Shown here one piece after another: positions 30,514 through 39,988 of a stretch of DNA of 64,000 nt. Source of the stretch: a virus; the IMG/VR virus record IMGVR_UViG_3300014039_000031, positions 7,725 through 71,724 of that record; one strand, given 5' to 3'. The notes below the pieces were generated by a model that had not been told where the DNA came from, did no database searches, and worked only from the letters and a program-made list of their open reading frames with translations. Numbering within the stretch: the stretch's first letter is position 1; each line of letters opens with the position of its first letter. Made by a program: the position numbers and the translations under genes.

Positions 30514-31950
30514 TTAGATTGTATACTTTTCCTCGATATAATCAACCAACTCTCCGCCATCTTCAACGTACTTAAGCATCTTAAATACATTGTCGTTGAG
30601 CGCGGTCATTAGATGCATATCAGGATTGTTCGAATTCACAATCTGAGTATGGTAATTTCCAAGGTCAAAGCTATAGAGAGTCGTGCGGCCATAGTTAGCG
30701 CAATACTCGTTATAAGAATACATTGCCTTATCATATCCCGCAGTAGACCAAAAATATGAACGCTTATCCATTACCTGCATATCAGATACAACAAAAATGC
30801 GGTCATAATTCTTATTGCGAATCATACCGAAAGCCGGAGCAATATCAGTACCATATCCGCAATGGTCATTATCACACATTTCACGAATAATCTGGAAAGG
30901 ACCGGAAGCCTTAGCAAACGTCTTCGTCTTTGCATCGTTACCGAACTTCACAAAGTCACAGTTCCCATTGATATATAGGGCTGCTGCGTAGCAAGCCCCA
31001 ACTTCCTTGATGGAAAGAGAAGACTTGTCGCCATACATATCATCCATGGAGCCAGAAACGTCAAGCATGATAACAGAAGTTCCATCCAACTCAGGCATAT
31101 TGCCACAAGCAATACGGAAAGCGGTATCAAGAGCTGTAATCACTGCCATATTCTGAACACTGAGATTTCGATAGGCCGTATAAATCTGATAAGGGAACAC
31201 AAGAGACTTGTGGATAGAGACTTCATTGATAATCTGGTCAACAAGATTCTTCTTGACCCAAACGTCATCAACGTCACTGTGTAGAATGTTGTTGAGATTG
31301 CGGATAAGGGCAAGATAACCAAGTTTATGTCCCTCTACAAGTTCCTTCCAACTAGTGGTACCAGTAGAAATACCAACTTCCCAAGTCTCAGGGGCAGCAA
31401 GAGTACCAGCCTTATACTTATCAATCGTCTCGCTATGAGCATGAGTAATATTGATAAGGTCATACATATTATACTGCTTACCGTTCATCTTATACTTAGC
31501 AATCTGATAATCACCAAGAGAAGAAAGATAATCAGCACAGCCACGAACCAGCGCATGAGAACGCCTGCCGCCAAGCATATCTACAGCTGCAAAAATCTCA
31601 GCTGGATCATCCGCGCGATGCATGAAATTCTTATAGAACTCACGCTTCTGCTCAAACTTCTCAAAATTCAGGCGAGCTGCGACAAGCTGAGAAGCCGAAC
31701 GCATACCAAGCTCATTACGCGCAAACTTAGCGCACTTGGCCGCAAACACAGGGCCATACTGCTCAATGATAGCATCAGTCAGCTTGATAAAACGCTCCTG
31801 TTGCACATCTGCGGATTCATAGAAGGTATTACACATCTTAGACGAGAAAATGAAATTCATCCACTCCTCGACAGGATTCTTTACATAATTAAGCCCACCC
31901 TCAAAAGAACGCTCACGAGAGGGCTTCACATTTTCATTAAACTTTGCCAT
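30514..31950 (-). CDS. rsr: Ro60/Rsr ortholog (TROVE + vWA domains)
   Basis: vWA MIDAS DVSGSM...GYGTD...FVVSD; YLALIRNLNN ~ Ro60 LLRNLGKM; SLVFPYQI ~ Ro60 HPFHIL; FEGGLNY ~ SEGGTYY. Confidence 0.65.
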   Translation of the reverse strand: MAKFNENVKPSRERSFEGGLNYVKNPVEEWMNFIFSSKMCNTFYESADVQQERFIKLTDAIIEQYGPVFAAKCAKFARNELGMRSASQLVAARLNFEKFEQKREFYKNFMHRADDPAEIFAAVDMLGGRRSHALVRGCADYLSSLGDYQIAKYKMNGKQYNMYDLINITHAHSETIDKYKAGTLAAPETWEVGISTGTTSWKELVEGHKLGYLALIRNLNNILHSDVDDVWVKKNLVDQIINEVSIHKSLVFPYQIYTAYRNLSVQNMAVITALDTAFRIACGNMPELDGTSVIMLDVSGSMDDMYGDKSSLSIKEVGACYAAALYINGNCDFVKFGNDAKTKTFAKASGPFQIIREMCDNDHCGYGTDIAPAFGMIRNKNYDRIFVVSDMQVMDKRSYFWSTAGYDKAMYSYNEYCANYGRTTLYSFDLGNYHTQIVNSNNPDMHLMTALNDNVFKMLKYVEDGGELVDYIEEKYTI

Positions 31951-32083
31951 AACTACTTCTCTTTCTCTTGGAAGGAAATATACTTATAGGAATTAAATAC
32001 TGGTATCTATGATTTGAACAAAAGCACATTTAAGAAGAAAGGATACCTTTATATTTAATTCCTATAGGCATGTTTCCACACCT

Positions 32084-32224
32084 AAAATAAAATAAAATGA
32101 GGAGATGTTAAAAACAGTACACAAAAGATACCGACCTACCCGACGCAATGTCTGCGAAGGACGGAGTTGAACCGCCTTTCCGCATTTTCAAGGTGAAGTA
32201 ACTGTTTTTCTATCACTCATTTTG
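32084..32224 (-). ncRNA. Y-RNA-like ncRNA upstream of rsr: long bulged terminal stem + tRNA-like acceptor/T-arm minihelix
   Basis: Own -35/-10 promoter; 5' strand aaaatgagtgatagaaaaacagttac pairs with 3' gtactgtttttaacatctcctcatttt; tgcggaa-a-GGCGG TTCAACT CCGTC-cttcgca; U-run end. Confidence 0.5.
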
Positions 32225-32231
32225 TAATTAT

Positions 32232-32261
32232 ATTATACAATATAAATTTTTAAAAGTCAAT
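32232..32261 (-). promoter_or_regulatory. Sigma-A-type promoter (TTGACT-17-TATAAT) for the Y-like RNA/rsr
   Basis: Minus-strand ttgacttttaaaaatttatattgtataat. Confidence 0.55.
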
Positions 32262-32269
32262 AAAAATTT

Positions 32270-32506
32270 TTAAAAGATTTTTATTTTTCTAATATCTTCA
32301 TCGTCACCTGTATAATCATACCAAGTGACACACACTAAAAAGAATTCGTTTTCAGGAGATTCAGCCCATTCACAATAACTACGATATGCAATATAGGCTT
32401 CATCTAAATCATCCGTTTCTGTACTATCTATAACAGTACCATCAGTAATGCAAGCCTGTACAATAAAATCGTAAGGCTCTTCCATTAGAGCAAGAAAATC
32501 ACCCAT
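32270..32506 (-). CDS. Hypothetical acidic protein
   Basis: ORF. Confidence 0.4.
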   Translation of the reverse strand: MGDFLALMEEPYDFIVQACITDGTVIDSTETDDLDEAYIAYRSYCEWAESPENEFFLVCVTWYDYTGDDEDIRKIKIF

Positions 32507-33300
32507 TATCCAAATACCTCGTCATCATTAAATCCTGAATAGTCGATAATTTTAATGCGGCCATCTTTATCATATCCAAAATTTCCATCATGAAAATCAG
32601 AGATATTATATTTATTGATAAAATCAATAAGCCGTTTTGCCGCATTGATACCATAGTCTGCAATAAAACTAGATAGTTCAACCGAATGCAGTTCACTATA
32701 TGTGTTATATTTTTTATTGCTCTTGGTTACAATCTGATTGGCAATATCATTATATTTTTTAATATTATGCTTAGACTTATTATAAGAATATTTACTCTCA
32801 ACGCGATTAGACACATAAATTGGAATAAAGCCAACAGTACATAGAAATTGAGTTTTGGCAAACATAGAACTTATTTTATTCTTCTTTGCGATACGATAAA
32901 AATATTCTTCTGCTTCGCAATAATTTGATTCATCGATAGGAAGTTCACACTTACCATTTGCATGATTATATAAAACAATATCATCAGTATTAAAATACTC
33001 AGGAACGCAATTAGATTCTGCGGCATCTTCAAAAGAATCTACATCACATTCATGGATGCGGTAATAACCTTGAAATGGGATTTTGAAAACATAATTAGGA
33101 TATTCTTCAAAAAATAAAACAAGTTTTGATACTCCGTTGATAACTTTATCCGCACCAGTCAAGCGTTTAAAAGTATCATTATAATCGGAAAAATCCTGCT
33201 CATTATAATCTTCAAAATATACTGTCATCATAGACATTAAATCATCAGACATAGTATTAAAACGAGAATTAATAAAATTACACAATTTTTTTTTATCCAT
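32506..33300 (-). CDS. Hypothetical protein (possible kinase-like fold: HDGNFGY...IIDYSG)
   Basis: ORF; weak motif. Confidence 0.4.
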   Translation of the reverse strand: MDKKKLCNFINSRFNTMSDDLMSMMTVYFEDYNEQDFSDYNDTFKRLTGADKVINGVSKLVLFFEEYPNYVFKIPFQGYYRIHECDVDSFEDAAESNCVPEYFNTDDIVLYNHANGKCELPIDESNYCEAEEYFYRIAKKNKISSMFAKTQFLCTVGFIPIYVSNRVESKYSYNKSKHNIKKYNDIANQIVTKSNKKYNTYSELHSVELSSFIADYGINAAKRLIDFINKYNISDFHDGNFGYDKDGRIKIIDYSGFNDDEVFG

Positions 33301-33323
33301 ATATATCCTTTCGTCAATATATA

Positions 33324-33677
33324 TTATAATAAATTAGAATTATATGTGTCAATTTGTTTTTTCTTGGTCCCAATCGCCTTCCCTTGTATATCTAAGACAG
33401 TCCCTATTTTACATCTATTAAAGATAAAATTATTTACTCTATCAAATTCTTCAAAGTTACATTTATACTGATCAAGAGGAATGAAAGGAAGCACTTCGTC
33501 TTTTAGATGTGAGTATTCTGCATATAAATCTTCATCCATCTTGCGAGTGCAACCCTGTCCCGAATCTTGCGGCACATAGCTACCCAGAGGGCATAGAAAA
33601 CAGGTGTCGTTGTCACAATCACAACAATGAAAATCAACGTACACATCTATACCTCTTTCCAATGTGCGGCAAAGCAT
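33324..33677 (-). CDS. Hypothetical Cys-rich protein
   Basis: ORF. Confidence 0.4.
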   Translation of the reverse strand: MLCRTLERGIDVYVDFHCCDCDNDTCFLCPLGSYVPQDSGQGCTRKMDEDLYAEYSHLKDEVLPFIPLDQYKCNFEEFDRVNNFIFNRCKIGTVLDIQGKAIGTKKKQIDTYNSNLL

Positions 33678-33886
33678 TTCGGATTATAAGGAATCCAGGC
33701 CGCATATTGCGGAGGAAGGAACACTCTTAGTTCTGTTGGTTCAGTATTCATTGCGACACCATTAATAATAACCTGTTGCGCATTAGACTGAATTTGAATG
33801 TTATACTGTTTCCCATGCTCTAACTTATATGTCATATCAGGATAAAGATTGTGATATTCCCAGTCTTCACCTATATATGTATACAT
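33647..33886 (-). CDS. Hypothetical protein
   Basis: ORF. Confidence 0.35.
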   Translation of the reverse strand: MYTYIGEDWEYHNLYPDMTYKLEHGKQYNIQIQSNAQQVIINGVAMNTEPTELRVFLPPQYAAWIPYNPKCFAAHWKEV

Positions 33887-33888
33887 GG

Positions 33889-34101
33889 TTATGCCTTACG
33901 AATTTCAAACTTCGCACCATAGTAGATTTTACCAGACTGAATCTTATCAAGCATATCCTGCGCAGACTTTTTATCTGGAAAAAGCATTGCTTCATCTGAT
34001 TTAGTTGTCCGCATACCCTTTGCAGTTAGCATACGAAACTGCTTATCAACAAAAGGCTCCTGAGTGCGCTTACCATAAATACGATACATTAATACTCCCA
34101 T
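33889..34101 (-). CDS. Hypothetical protein
   Basis: ORF. Confidence 0.35.
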   Translation of the reverse strand: MGVLMYRIYGKRTQEPFVDKQFRMLTAKGMRTTKSDEAMLFPDKKSAQDMLDKIQSGKIYYGAKFEIRKA

Positions 34102-34301
34102 TCATCTAAAACATTTTTAAGGCGAATTTCCTTAGTAAAATTATTGATTGCTTCTACCTCTTGGTCCTCATAATCGTAAAATACTTCTGCAACGTTACCC
34201 AACCATACAAAATGCTGGTAACCACCTTCATTCACAAGACCAAACAAATCAAAAGTTTTATACTCTGGACGTCCATCTGTGATAGCATCATTGAGTGTCA
34301 T
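34089..34301 (-). CDS. Hypothetical protein
   Basis: ORF. Confidence 0.35.
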   Translation of the reverse strand: MTLNDAITDGRPEYKTFDLFGLVNEGGYQHFVWLGNVAEVFYDYEDQEVEAINNFTKEIRLKNVLDEWEY

Positions 34302-34312
34302 TTTGTTCTCCT

Positions 34313-34786
34313 CTAAAGAAGCTGATTCGCATCACTATATGTGCGGCCGCCTTTAGGAGTCGGCCATTGACTATATGGTACTACTTTTTCCGATTGGTCG
34401 CAAGTACATTTATCTGAAAGGCCGTTATATTTTTCATAATCACTCTTGGTTGCAAGATGCCATTTACCGTCATTTTTCCAATTATATTCTACTTTGATAT
34501 GAAGTAGTGAAAAAGCATTTTTAGAACCGATTAAAACATCCTGAACATGCCTATATAGGTCAAGATATTGTTCACGTTCATCTTCACTTTCGGCAGTGAT
34601 ATGTTTCTCATAATGACGATTTGCAGTTTCCTGTTCATCGTTCATATACTTTTCAATATCACGTTTCTCATATTGATTTAAATTATCATAATTTTCAGGA
34701 TATTCATCTTGTTCATTAATGTTTTTAATACGCATAATTTTCCTTTCTTTTGGTATCATATTATCATATAAAAAAGGAGTTGTCAA
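34313..34786 (-). CDS. Hypothetical acidic protein
   Basis: ORF. Confidence 0.4.
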   Translation of the reverse strand: MTTPFLYDNMIPKERKIMRIKNINEQDEYPENYDNLNQYEKRDIEKYMNDEQETANRHYEKHITAESEDEREQYLDLYRHVQDVLIGSKNAFSLLHIKVEYNWKNDGKWHLATKSDYEKYNGLSDKCTCDQSEKVVPYSQWPTPKGGRTYSDANQLL

Positions 34787-34804
34787 GAAAAATTTGACAA
34801 CTCC
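34770..34804 (-). terminator. Intrinsic terminator (ggagttgtcaa/ttgacaactcc)
   Basis: Hairpin + U-run on minus strand. Confidence 0.55.
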
Positions 34805-34816
34805 AACATTATATAT

Positions 34817-35755
34817 TTAGTTGTTACTATTGGTCAGAATATATTCACGAATAGCCGCTTGCGCCAAACCTTTAATCTTTGCAAGATTAACACTGGCAAC
34901 CTTCTTCTTACGATAAAAGTCCCAAAAATTCTCTTCCATAAGCTCGTTCAAAACTTTTTGCATACACATACCGAAGAATTTACCATTGCGGCAATCAATT
35001 TCATCCATATCGAGAACGATAAGAACTTTATTAACTTCCTTTTCGACAAAAGCAGGCGTACAAAACTTATCTACAAACTCTTTTTCAGTATCATTTTGGT
35101 TGACATTGGTCTTCTTAGTGGTTTTATTATGATGCCATTCATCGCGTACAATTTTAGCAACTTGTGGATTTCCCCACGGGTCACGAAGAACTGGATAAGT
35201 TTTAATAACAATACCTTCACCAATAATACCAGAAGGAAGATTAAAAGTACAAGAATCTACATACTTATCAACATCATCCCAAGTCATATTATCAATGCGG
35301 GCAATGATAGGAACGCAACGATGATAAATTTTACTTACTACTGGATACCATACATCATAATCAATATATTCACCGCTGTCAGTATCAAAAACATCAAAGA
35401 TAAAGAAACCACCTTCAATATACTGTTTAATGCTACCGACAAACTTGCGGCCATCCACTCCGCCAAGCCATTCACCATAAATAATATAGCTAGGATTGTC
35501 AAGCAACCAATCCTTTAAAGCATTGATTTCAGTGTCATTAGAATTTGTAATATAGTATGCAAATCCAGCATTATCCTTCTCAATAGAAATCTCACGGGTA
35601 CGAGAGCCACACGCAATTTTGCCCTCATCATCTACCCAAATGCTGGAATTGCTTCCGTCCATTTTCGGCTGAATTAAAACCGACTTACAAATGAAACCCT
35701 GAACTTCATTACGAGTAGAGCGTTCAAGATGAATATACTTGTTGAAATGTGACAT
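34817..35755 (-). CDS. ATP-dependent RNA ligase, Rnl1-like (nucleotidyltransferase motif I KMDGS, motif IV EGIVIK)
   Basis: IQPKMDGSNSS; GEGIVIKTY. Confidence 0.55.
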   Translation of the reverse strand: MSHFNKYIHLERSTRNEVQGFICKSVLIQPKMDGSNSSIWVDDEGKIACGSRTREISIEKDNAGFAYYITNSNDTEINALKDWLLDNPSYIIYGEWLGGVDGRKFVGSIKQYIEGGFFIFDVFDTDSGEYIDYDVWYPVVSKIYHRCVPIIARIDNMTWDDVDKYVDSCTFNLPSGIIGEGIVIKTYPVLRDPWGNPQVAKIVRDEWHHNKTTKKTNVNQNDTEKEFVDKFCTPAFVEKEVNKVLIVLDMDEIDCRNGKFFGMCMQKVLNELMEENFWDFYRKKKVASVNLAKIKGLAQAAIREYILTNSNN

Positions 35756-36304
35756 GTTTTCCTCTTTCTCTCTTTCAACAATTACATTATATCATGCATT
35801 TTATAAAATTGCAAGAAAAATTTTTCTTCTCTTTTCTGTTTTCTTATAGTTATTTTTGCGTAGCAAAAATAACGTAATTCTTTTATCTTTTCTCTTCTTT
35901 ATAATTTTTACGTCACTGTAAGTGACGTAAAAGATAAATTAATTTAAAGATAATTTATTTTATAATTATATAAATAATATTATATTTGTCAATATTATTT
36001 CTTATTATATATAAAAATTATAAAGAATAAATAAACTAATTTAAAATAATTAATTAATTACATTAGTTTTACATTATATACTATATATTATATTAATAAT
36101 ATTCTTATTATATATAATCTTATATAATTAGTCTTAAGGGGTAAACCCCTTAACAACCCAGTTATTAATTATAACGTAATTTTTCATTTTGTCAAGAGTT
36201 CTGTAAAAAATTTTTTATAACAAAATTTATGCTAAAAATATTGTTGACTAATTTAATTTTATAGTTTATAATGTTCTCAACACGCAAACAAAAGAAAGGA
36301 AAAT
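35756..36304. other. AT-rich divergent intergenic control region with perfect palindromes (tacgtcact gtaa gtgacgta at 35898..35925; taaggggt aaa ccccttaa at 36134..36154)
   Basis: No ORFs; strand switch point. Confidence 0.5.
36244..36272 (+). promoter_or_regulatory. Promoter TTGACT-17-TATAAT
   Basis: Consensus hexamers. Confidence 0.55.
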
Positions 36305-36688
36305 ATGGAACAGATTACAGCAGAAGCAGCTCGCCGCATTCGACAGCAGAGTGTAGTAGATAAAAAGAAAAAGGAACTGGAAGAAGCTCAAAATATTCCA
36401 TTTTTTGAAGAGCTAACTGAGAAAGTAAAAGACGCGGCGTTCAATGGCGAAAGTAATGTACAGATTGGGCCGCATGAATCAGAATATTACCAAGAGGTTA
36501 TCGATAGTGGCAAGATTGTTCATAGTAAAGAGAAGCAACTTCCGCTAGACTGGAAAAAAGTTTTCAAGGTTTTTGAAGAGTCTCTTGGATATAAAGTTTC
36601 AATTGTGCAATATCCTGCGCAATTTCTTAAGTCCAATGGCCTTGATATGGTTACACTCAATATTGAGACTGCAACTGTATATTGGTAG
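36305..36688 (+). CDS. Hypothetical protein
   Basis: ORF with RBS. Confidence 0.5.
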   Translation: MEQITAEAARRIRQQSVVDKKKKELEEAQNIPFFEELTEKVKDAAFNGESNVQIGPHESEYYQEVIDSGKIVHSKEKQLPLDWKKVFKVFEESLGYKVSIVQYPAQFLKSNGLDMVTLNIETATVYW

Positions 36689-36694
36689 TAAAAT

Positions 36695-37216
36695 ATGAAG
36701 CACACGTTAATTATGATGGCAGGCCCTGCGAGTTCAGGAAAATCTGTATTTGCAAAAATCATTAAAGATTCACATGATGATTGCGTTGTAGTTTCATATA
36801 AACAGATGGCAAAAGCAGCACTGGTCGCAAAAGAACCGCAACATTATGTAGATAAGCGATATATCGAAGTATTAAATAATATGCTTGAAACACATGAATA
36901 TGTAATTGCTGATAATTACAATATCAATGCAAATGAACGCAAAAAAATATTTGACAATATAAATATTGATAAATATAATATTATTTGTGTTTGGGTGGAA
37001 ACGCCTCTTAATGTTGCATTGAAGCGAAATGCACAACTAGATGAAAAGTGGCGAAGGTCGGAAGACTCTATAAAGCAAATGTATAAAATTAAAGTATCGC
37101 CGCAAGAACAAGAGCCTTTTAAAAAAGTAATTTTCATTTCAGAGCAAATGAATTATGCTATTGGAACAGATACAATGGAAATTCAAAATATTTTAGATAC
37201 TCTTAAGGCTCTATAG
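36695..37216 (+). CDS. P-loop kinase, polynucleotide kinase (Pnk kinase-domain)-like
   Basis: GPASSGKS; VIADNYNINANERKK and VALKRN resemble T4 Pnk kinase domain. Confidence 0.5.
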   Translation: MKHTLIMMAGPASSGKSVFAKIIKDSHDDCVVVSYKQMAKAALVAKEPQHYVDKRYIEVLNNMLETHEYVIADNYNINANERKKIFDNINIDKYNIICVWVETPLNVALKRNAQLDEKWRRSEDSIKQMYKIKVSPQEQEPFKKVIFISEQMNYAIGTDTMEIQNILDTLKAL

Positions 37217-37268
37217 TACTTTGACAATTGAATATTTTATTTTAATTATTATTTAATAAAAGGAAATA

Positions 37269-38189
37269 ATGTTAAAATTTATTTGTATTTTAATTGCGGC
37301 AATGTTTATTGTTAATTTTCTTTGTAGTTTTACTAAAGAATATCGAGAAAGTAATAATGTTGGCATTAATCGAGCCATTTCAGTTGTAATTGCAGTAATT
37401 CTAATTGGTATTTCATGTGTATATACACAAGACGTAGGCGAAGTTGTTGTACTTCGCTCTATTGGTGGTAGTCTCTCTGGTTACACAAGTGAAGCTGGTT
37501 TCCATTTTACTGCACCATGGAATGATACAATTTCGTTCGATACCCGTAACAATTTAATTAACTTTCATGGTTCAAAAACAGACTACTCTTATGATGGAGG
37601 TTCTGCGGAAGGCCCATATGTAACTGTAAACGATAAGTCTGGCTCCAAGGCGAATGTAGATATACAAGTCAATTACAGTCTAGACTCAAAGACTGCTGAG
37701 TATCTATATACTGAATACGGAACGCAAGAGAACTTTACTAAGAACTATGCTTCCAATGACCTTCGCTCTGTAGCGCGTGAGGTGTCTGGTCAGTTTGACA
37801 CAATCACTATGTTAACTGACCGCTCTCAATATACGAAAGCAGTCCAAAAAGCTCTAGAAAAGAAGTGGAAGAAAATTGGCCTAACTGTTGAGCAAGTCAG
37901 TGTGCAAGACATTTCTTATGCTAAATCTATTACAGATGCCTATGCTGATTCTCAGGCAGCAGAAGTAGAAAAGGCTAAGGCTCAGAATCAACAAGAAACT
38001 GCCAAGATTAAGGGAGACACTAAAGTAATTGAAGCTACAAAGGAAGCAGAAGCTAATAAAGTTCTTAATGATTCATTAACTGATAATGTTCTTTCTCAGC
38101 AATATATTGAAGCTCTAAAAGAAATGTCTAAGAATGGCAATACTGTAGTAGTCCCACAAGGTTCAACTCCAGTAGTATCAACTAAATAA
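37269..38189 (+). CDS. SPFH/band-7 domain membrane protein
   Basis: TM then VVVLRSIGG...GFHFTAPWNDTISFDTR SPFH pattern. Confidence 0.55.
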   Translation: MLKFICILIAAMFIVNFLCSFTKEYRESNNVGINRAISVVIAVILIGISCVYTQDVGEVVVLRSIGGSLSGYTSEAGFHFTAPWNDTISFDTRNNLINFHGSKTDYSYDGGSAEGPYVTVNDKSGSKANVDIQVNYSLDSKTAEYLYTEYGTQENFTKNYASNDLRSVAREVSGQFDTITMLTDRSQYTKAVQKALEKKWKKIGLTVEQVSVQDISYAKSITDAYADSQAAEVEKAKAQNQQETAKIKGDTKVIEATKEAEANKVLNDSLTDNVLSQQYIEALKEMSKNGNTVVVPQGSTPVVSTK

Positions 38190-38194
38190 TCAAT

Positions 38195-38232
38195 AGCCTC
38201 AAAGTTTTTCTTGACTTTGAGGCTATTTTTTT
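38195..38232 (+). terminator. Intrinsic terminator whose loop carries the -35 (ttgact) of the next promoter
   Basis: agcctcaaag/ctttgaggct + T-run. Confidence 0.6.
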
Positions 38233-38271
38233 ATATACTTATGCTAACAGAATCCAAGAGGAAGAGAGATT

Positions 38272-38451
38272 ATGGATGCAAATGTAGCAATGGTATGTGT
38301 CACGGTTATTTGCGTCGCGGCAATTATAGCTAAATGCTATATGGAACATTTGGCTGAAACTACTCGACGCATTAGGGCGAACGCACCAGAGCACCAACGC
38401 AATATCGATAACGTTCCATACAATATGAACAATATCTGGAAGAAGAAGTAA
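38272..38451 (+). CDS. Small membrane protein (59 aa)
   Basis: MDANVAMVCVTVICVAAIIAK...; followed by two more short TM ORFs 38451..38537 and 38537..38656. Confidence 0.35.
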   Translation: MDANVAMVCVTVICVAAIIAKCYMEHLAETTRRIRANAPEHQRNIDNVPYNMNNIWKKK

Positions 38452-38708
38452 TGTTTAATATTATTTTATCATTTGCCGCAGGTTTTATAATTGGATATGC
38501 GGTGTGTTGTATTCTTACTATTGGAAAGGATAACTAATGGCAGATTGCATTTTTGTTGCATATATCCTTGCTGTAATTGGATATGCATATTTTTCATTTA
38601 GCCGCAAATTTGAAAATATTCGATTCAATTTATATCGAATGTATCTTAATTTTTAGTTGACTATTGACTTTATATAAATTATAATATAAACCAATAGAAA
38701 GAGGAATT

Positions 38709-38897
38709 ATGCGTGATATTAATCGTATATATGATATTGTTATAAAAATTCAAGACCTGTGGGAGCACTATTCAGACCAACGTTTAGGTCAACTTATTGA
38801 AAATTATCTTGTAAAAGATGGAGAAGATTTGTTCTATATAGAAGATGAAGAACTTTCTCAACGTTTAACTGATAAACTCTCATGGATTGATTGGTAA
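38709..38897 (+). CDS. Hypothetical protein
   Basis: ORF with RBS aagaggaattatg. Confidence 0.45.
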   Translation: MRDINRIYDIVIKIQDLWEHYSDQRLGQLIENYLVKDGEDLFYIEDEELSQRLTDKLSWIDW

Positions 38898-39133
38898 AGA
38901 TGAATATTACAGTGAAAGATTTTATTGATTGGCTTCGTATGGATACCGCTAATACCGGAAGTATGATTCGCTTTGAAGCATCAAATATTCCGTGCTTAAA
39001 GAGTCCAAGCATATATTTTAAAGATATTGATGATAATATGACCATTGAATTAGAAAATGCATATGTACATTATTTTCATGTAGAATATAATGAAGATTAT
39101 AGAATCTTTACTTTTGTAATTTATATTTTGTAA
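38891..39133 (+). CDS. Hypothetical protein
   Basis: ORF. Confidence 0.4.
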   Translation: MVKMNITVKDFIDWLRMDTANTGSMIRFEASNIPCLKSPSIYFKDIDDNMTIELENAYVHYFHVEYNEDYRIFTFVIYIL

Positions 39134-39149
39134 TTTATGTGGAGTTTTA

Positions 39150-39719
39150 ATGATTACTCAATATTCTCATGGTATCAATACAGAAGCAAATCCAAGCAAC
39201 AATGTAATCGATATTTACAAAAAGTGGAGTGCGGAAGAAGTGCGGGCTAGCCTTCAACCAAATCGTACTTCACTTGTAAATATTTGTCTCAATCTTGACC
39301 ATGGATTTAACGTTGGTTCTATTATTCGCGCATCAAATTGTTTTCTTGCTAAGGAGACTTATGTGGTTGGCCGCAAACGCTTTGACGCTCGTGGGGGTGT
39401 TGGATCCAAAAAATACGAACGCGTATATCACGCAGATACATTAGATGAAGTCATTGAAGTTCTGCATCCTCTTGGATATACCATTTTTGCTGTAGATAAT
39501 GTAGAAGAATATAATCCGCAGAATATTTTTGATGCTGATATTCCAATGAAATCTGCTTTTGTATATGGAAGTGAGGGCGATGGTTTGCCAAAAGATGCTA
39601 TTGACAAATGTGATGAAATGGTATATATTAGGCAATATGGAAGTATTCGCTCACTAAATGTGGCACAAGCTGCCGCATGTTGTATGATGGAATATTCTAG
39701 ACGTTATCAAATGAGGTAG
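39150..39719 (+). CDS. SpoU/TrmH-family RNA 2'-O-methyltransferase
   Basis: NVGSIIRAS, VYGSEGDGL, SLNVAQAAACCMMEY motifs. Confidence 0.75.
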   Translation: MITQYSHGINTEANPSNNVIDIYKKWSAEEVRASLQPNRTSLVNICLNLDHGFNVGSIIRASNCFLAKETYVVGRKRFDARGGVGSKKYERVYHADTLDEVIEVLHPLGYTIFAVDNVEEYNPQNIFDADIPMKSAFVYGSEGDGLPKDAIDKCDEMVYIRQYGSIRSLNVAQAAACCMMEYSRRYQMR

Positions 39720-39721
39720 CT

Positions 39722-39952
39722 ATGAAATGGGAAGATTTATCACCAGAAGCAAGACTATATATTAAATTACAGCCGCATGTTTTTGCTAAGACTACGATTG
39801 CATCATTAATTGCTCTAATGGATAAATCAGTTTCTCTCCAAGAGAAAGCAAATTATATCGACCGTGCGGCAGATATTTTAAAGCTATGCGCAGTTTCAAT
39901 CAAAAGCCATCCAGAGTTTGAAATTGTTATTGACAATACTCATAGTACGTAG
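39722..39952 (+). CDS. Hypothetical protein
   Basis: ORF. Confidence 0.4.
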   Translation: MKWEDLSPEARLYIKLQPHVFAKTTIASLIALMDKSVSLQEKANYIDRAADILKLCAVSIKSHPEFEIVIDNTHST

Positions 39953-39988
39953 TATTATATAAAATAAAGATAAGAAAGGATGTTTTAG

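Noticed and set aside
34859-35518. 219-aa plus-strand ORF
   Set aside because: Antisense to RNA ligase gene, I/N/K-rich composition typical of AT-rich noise
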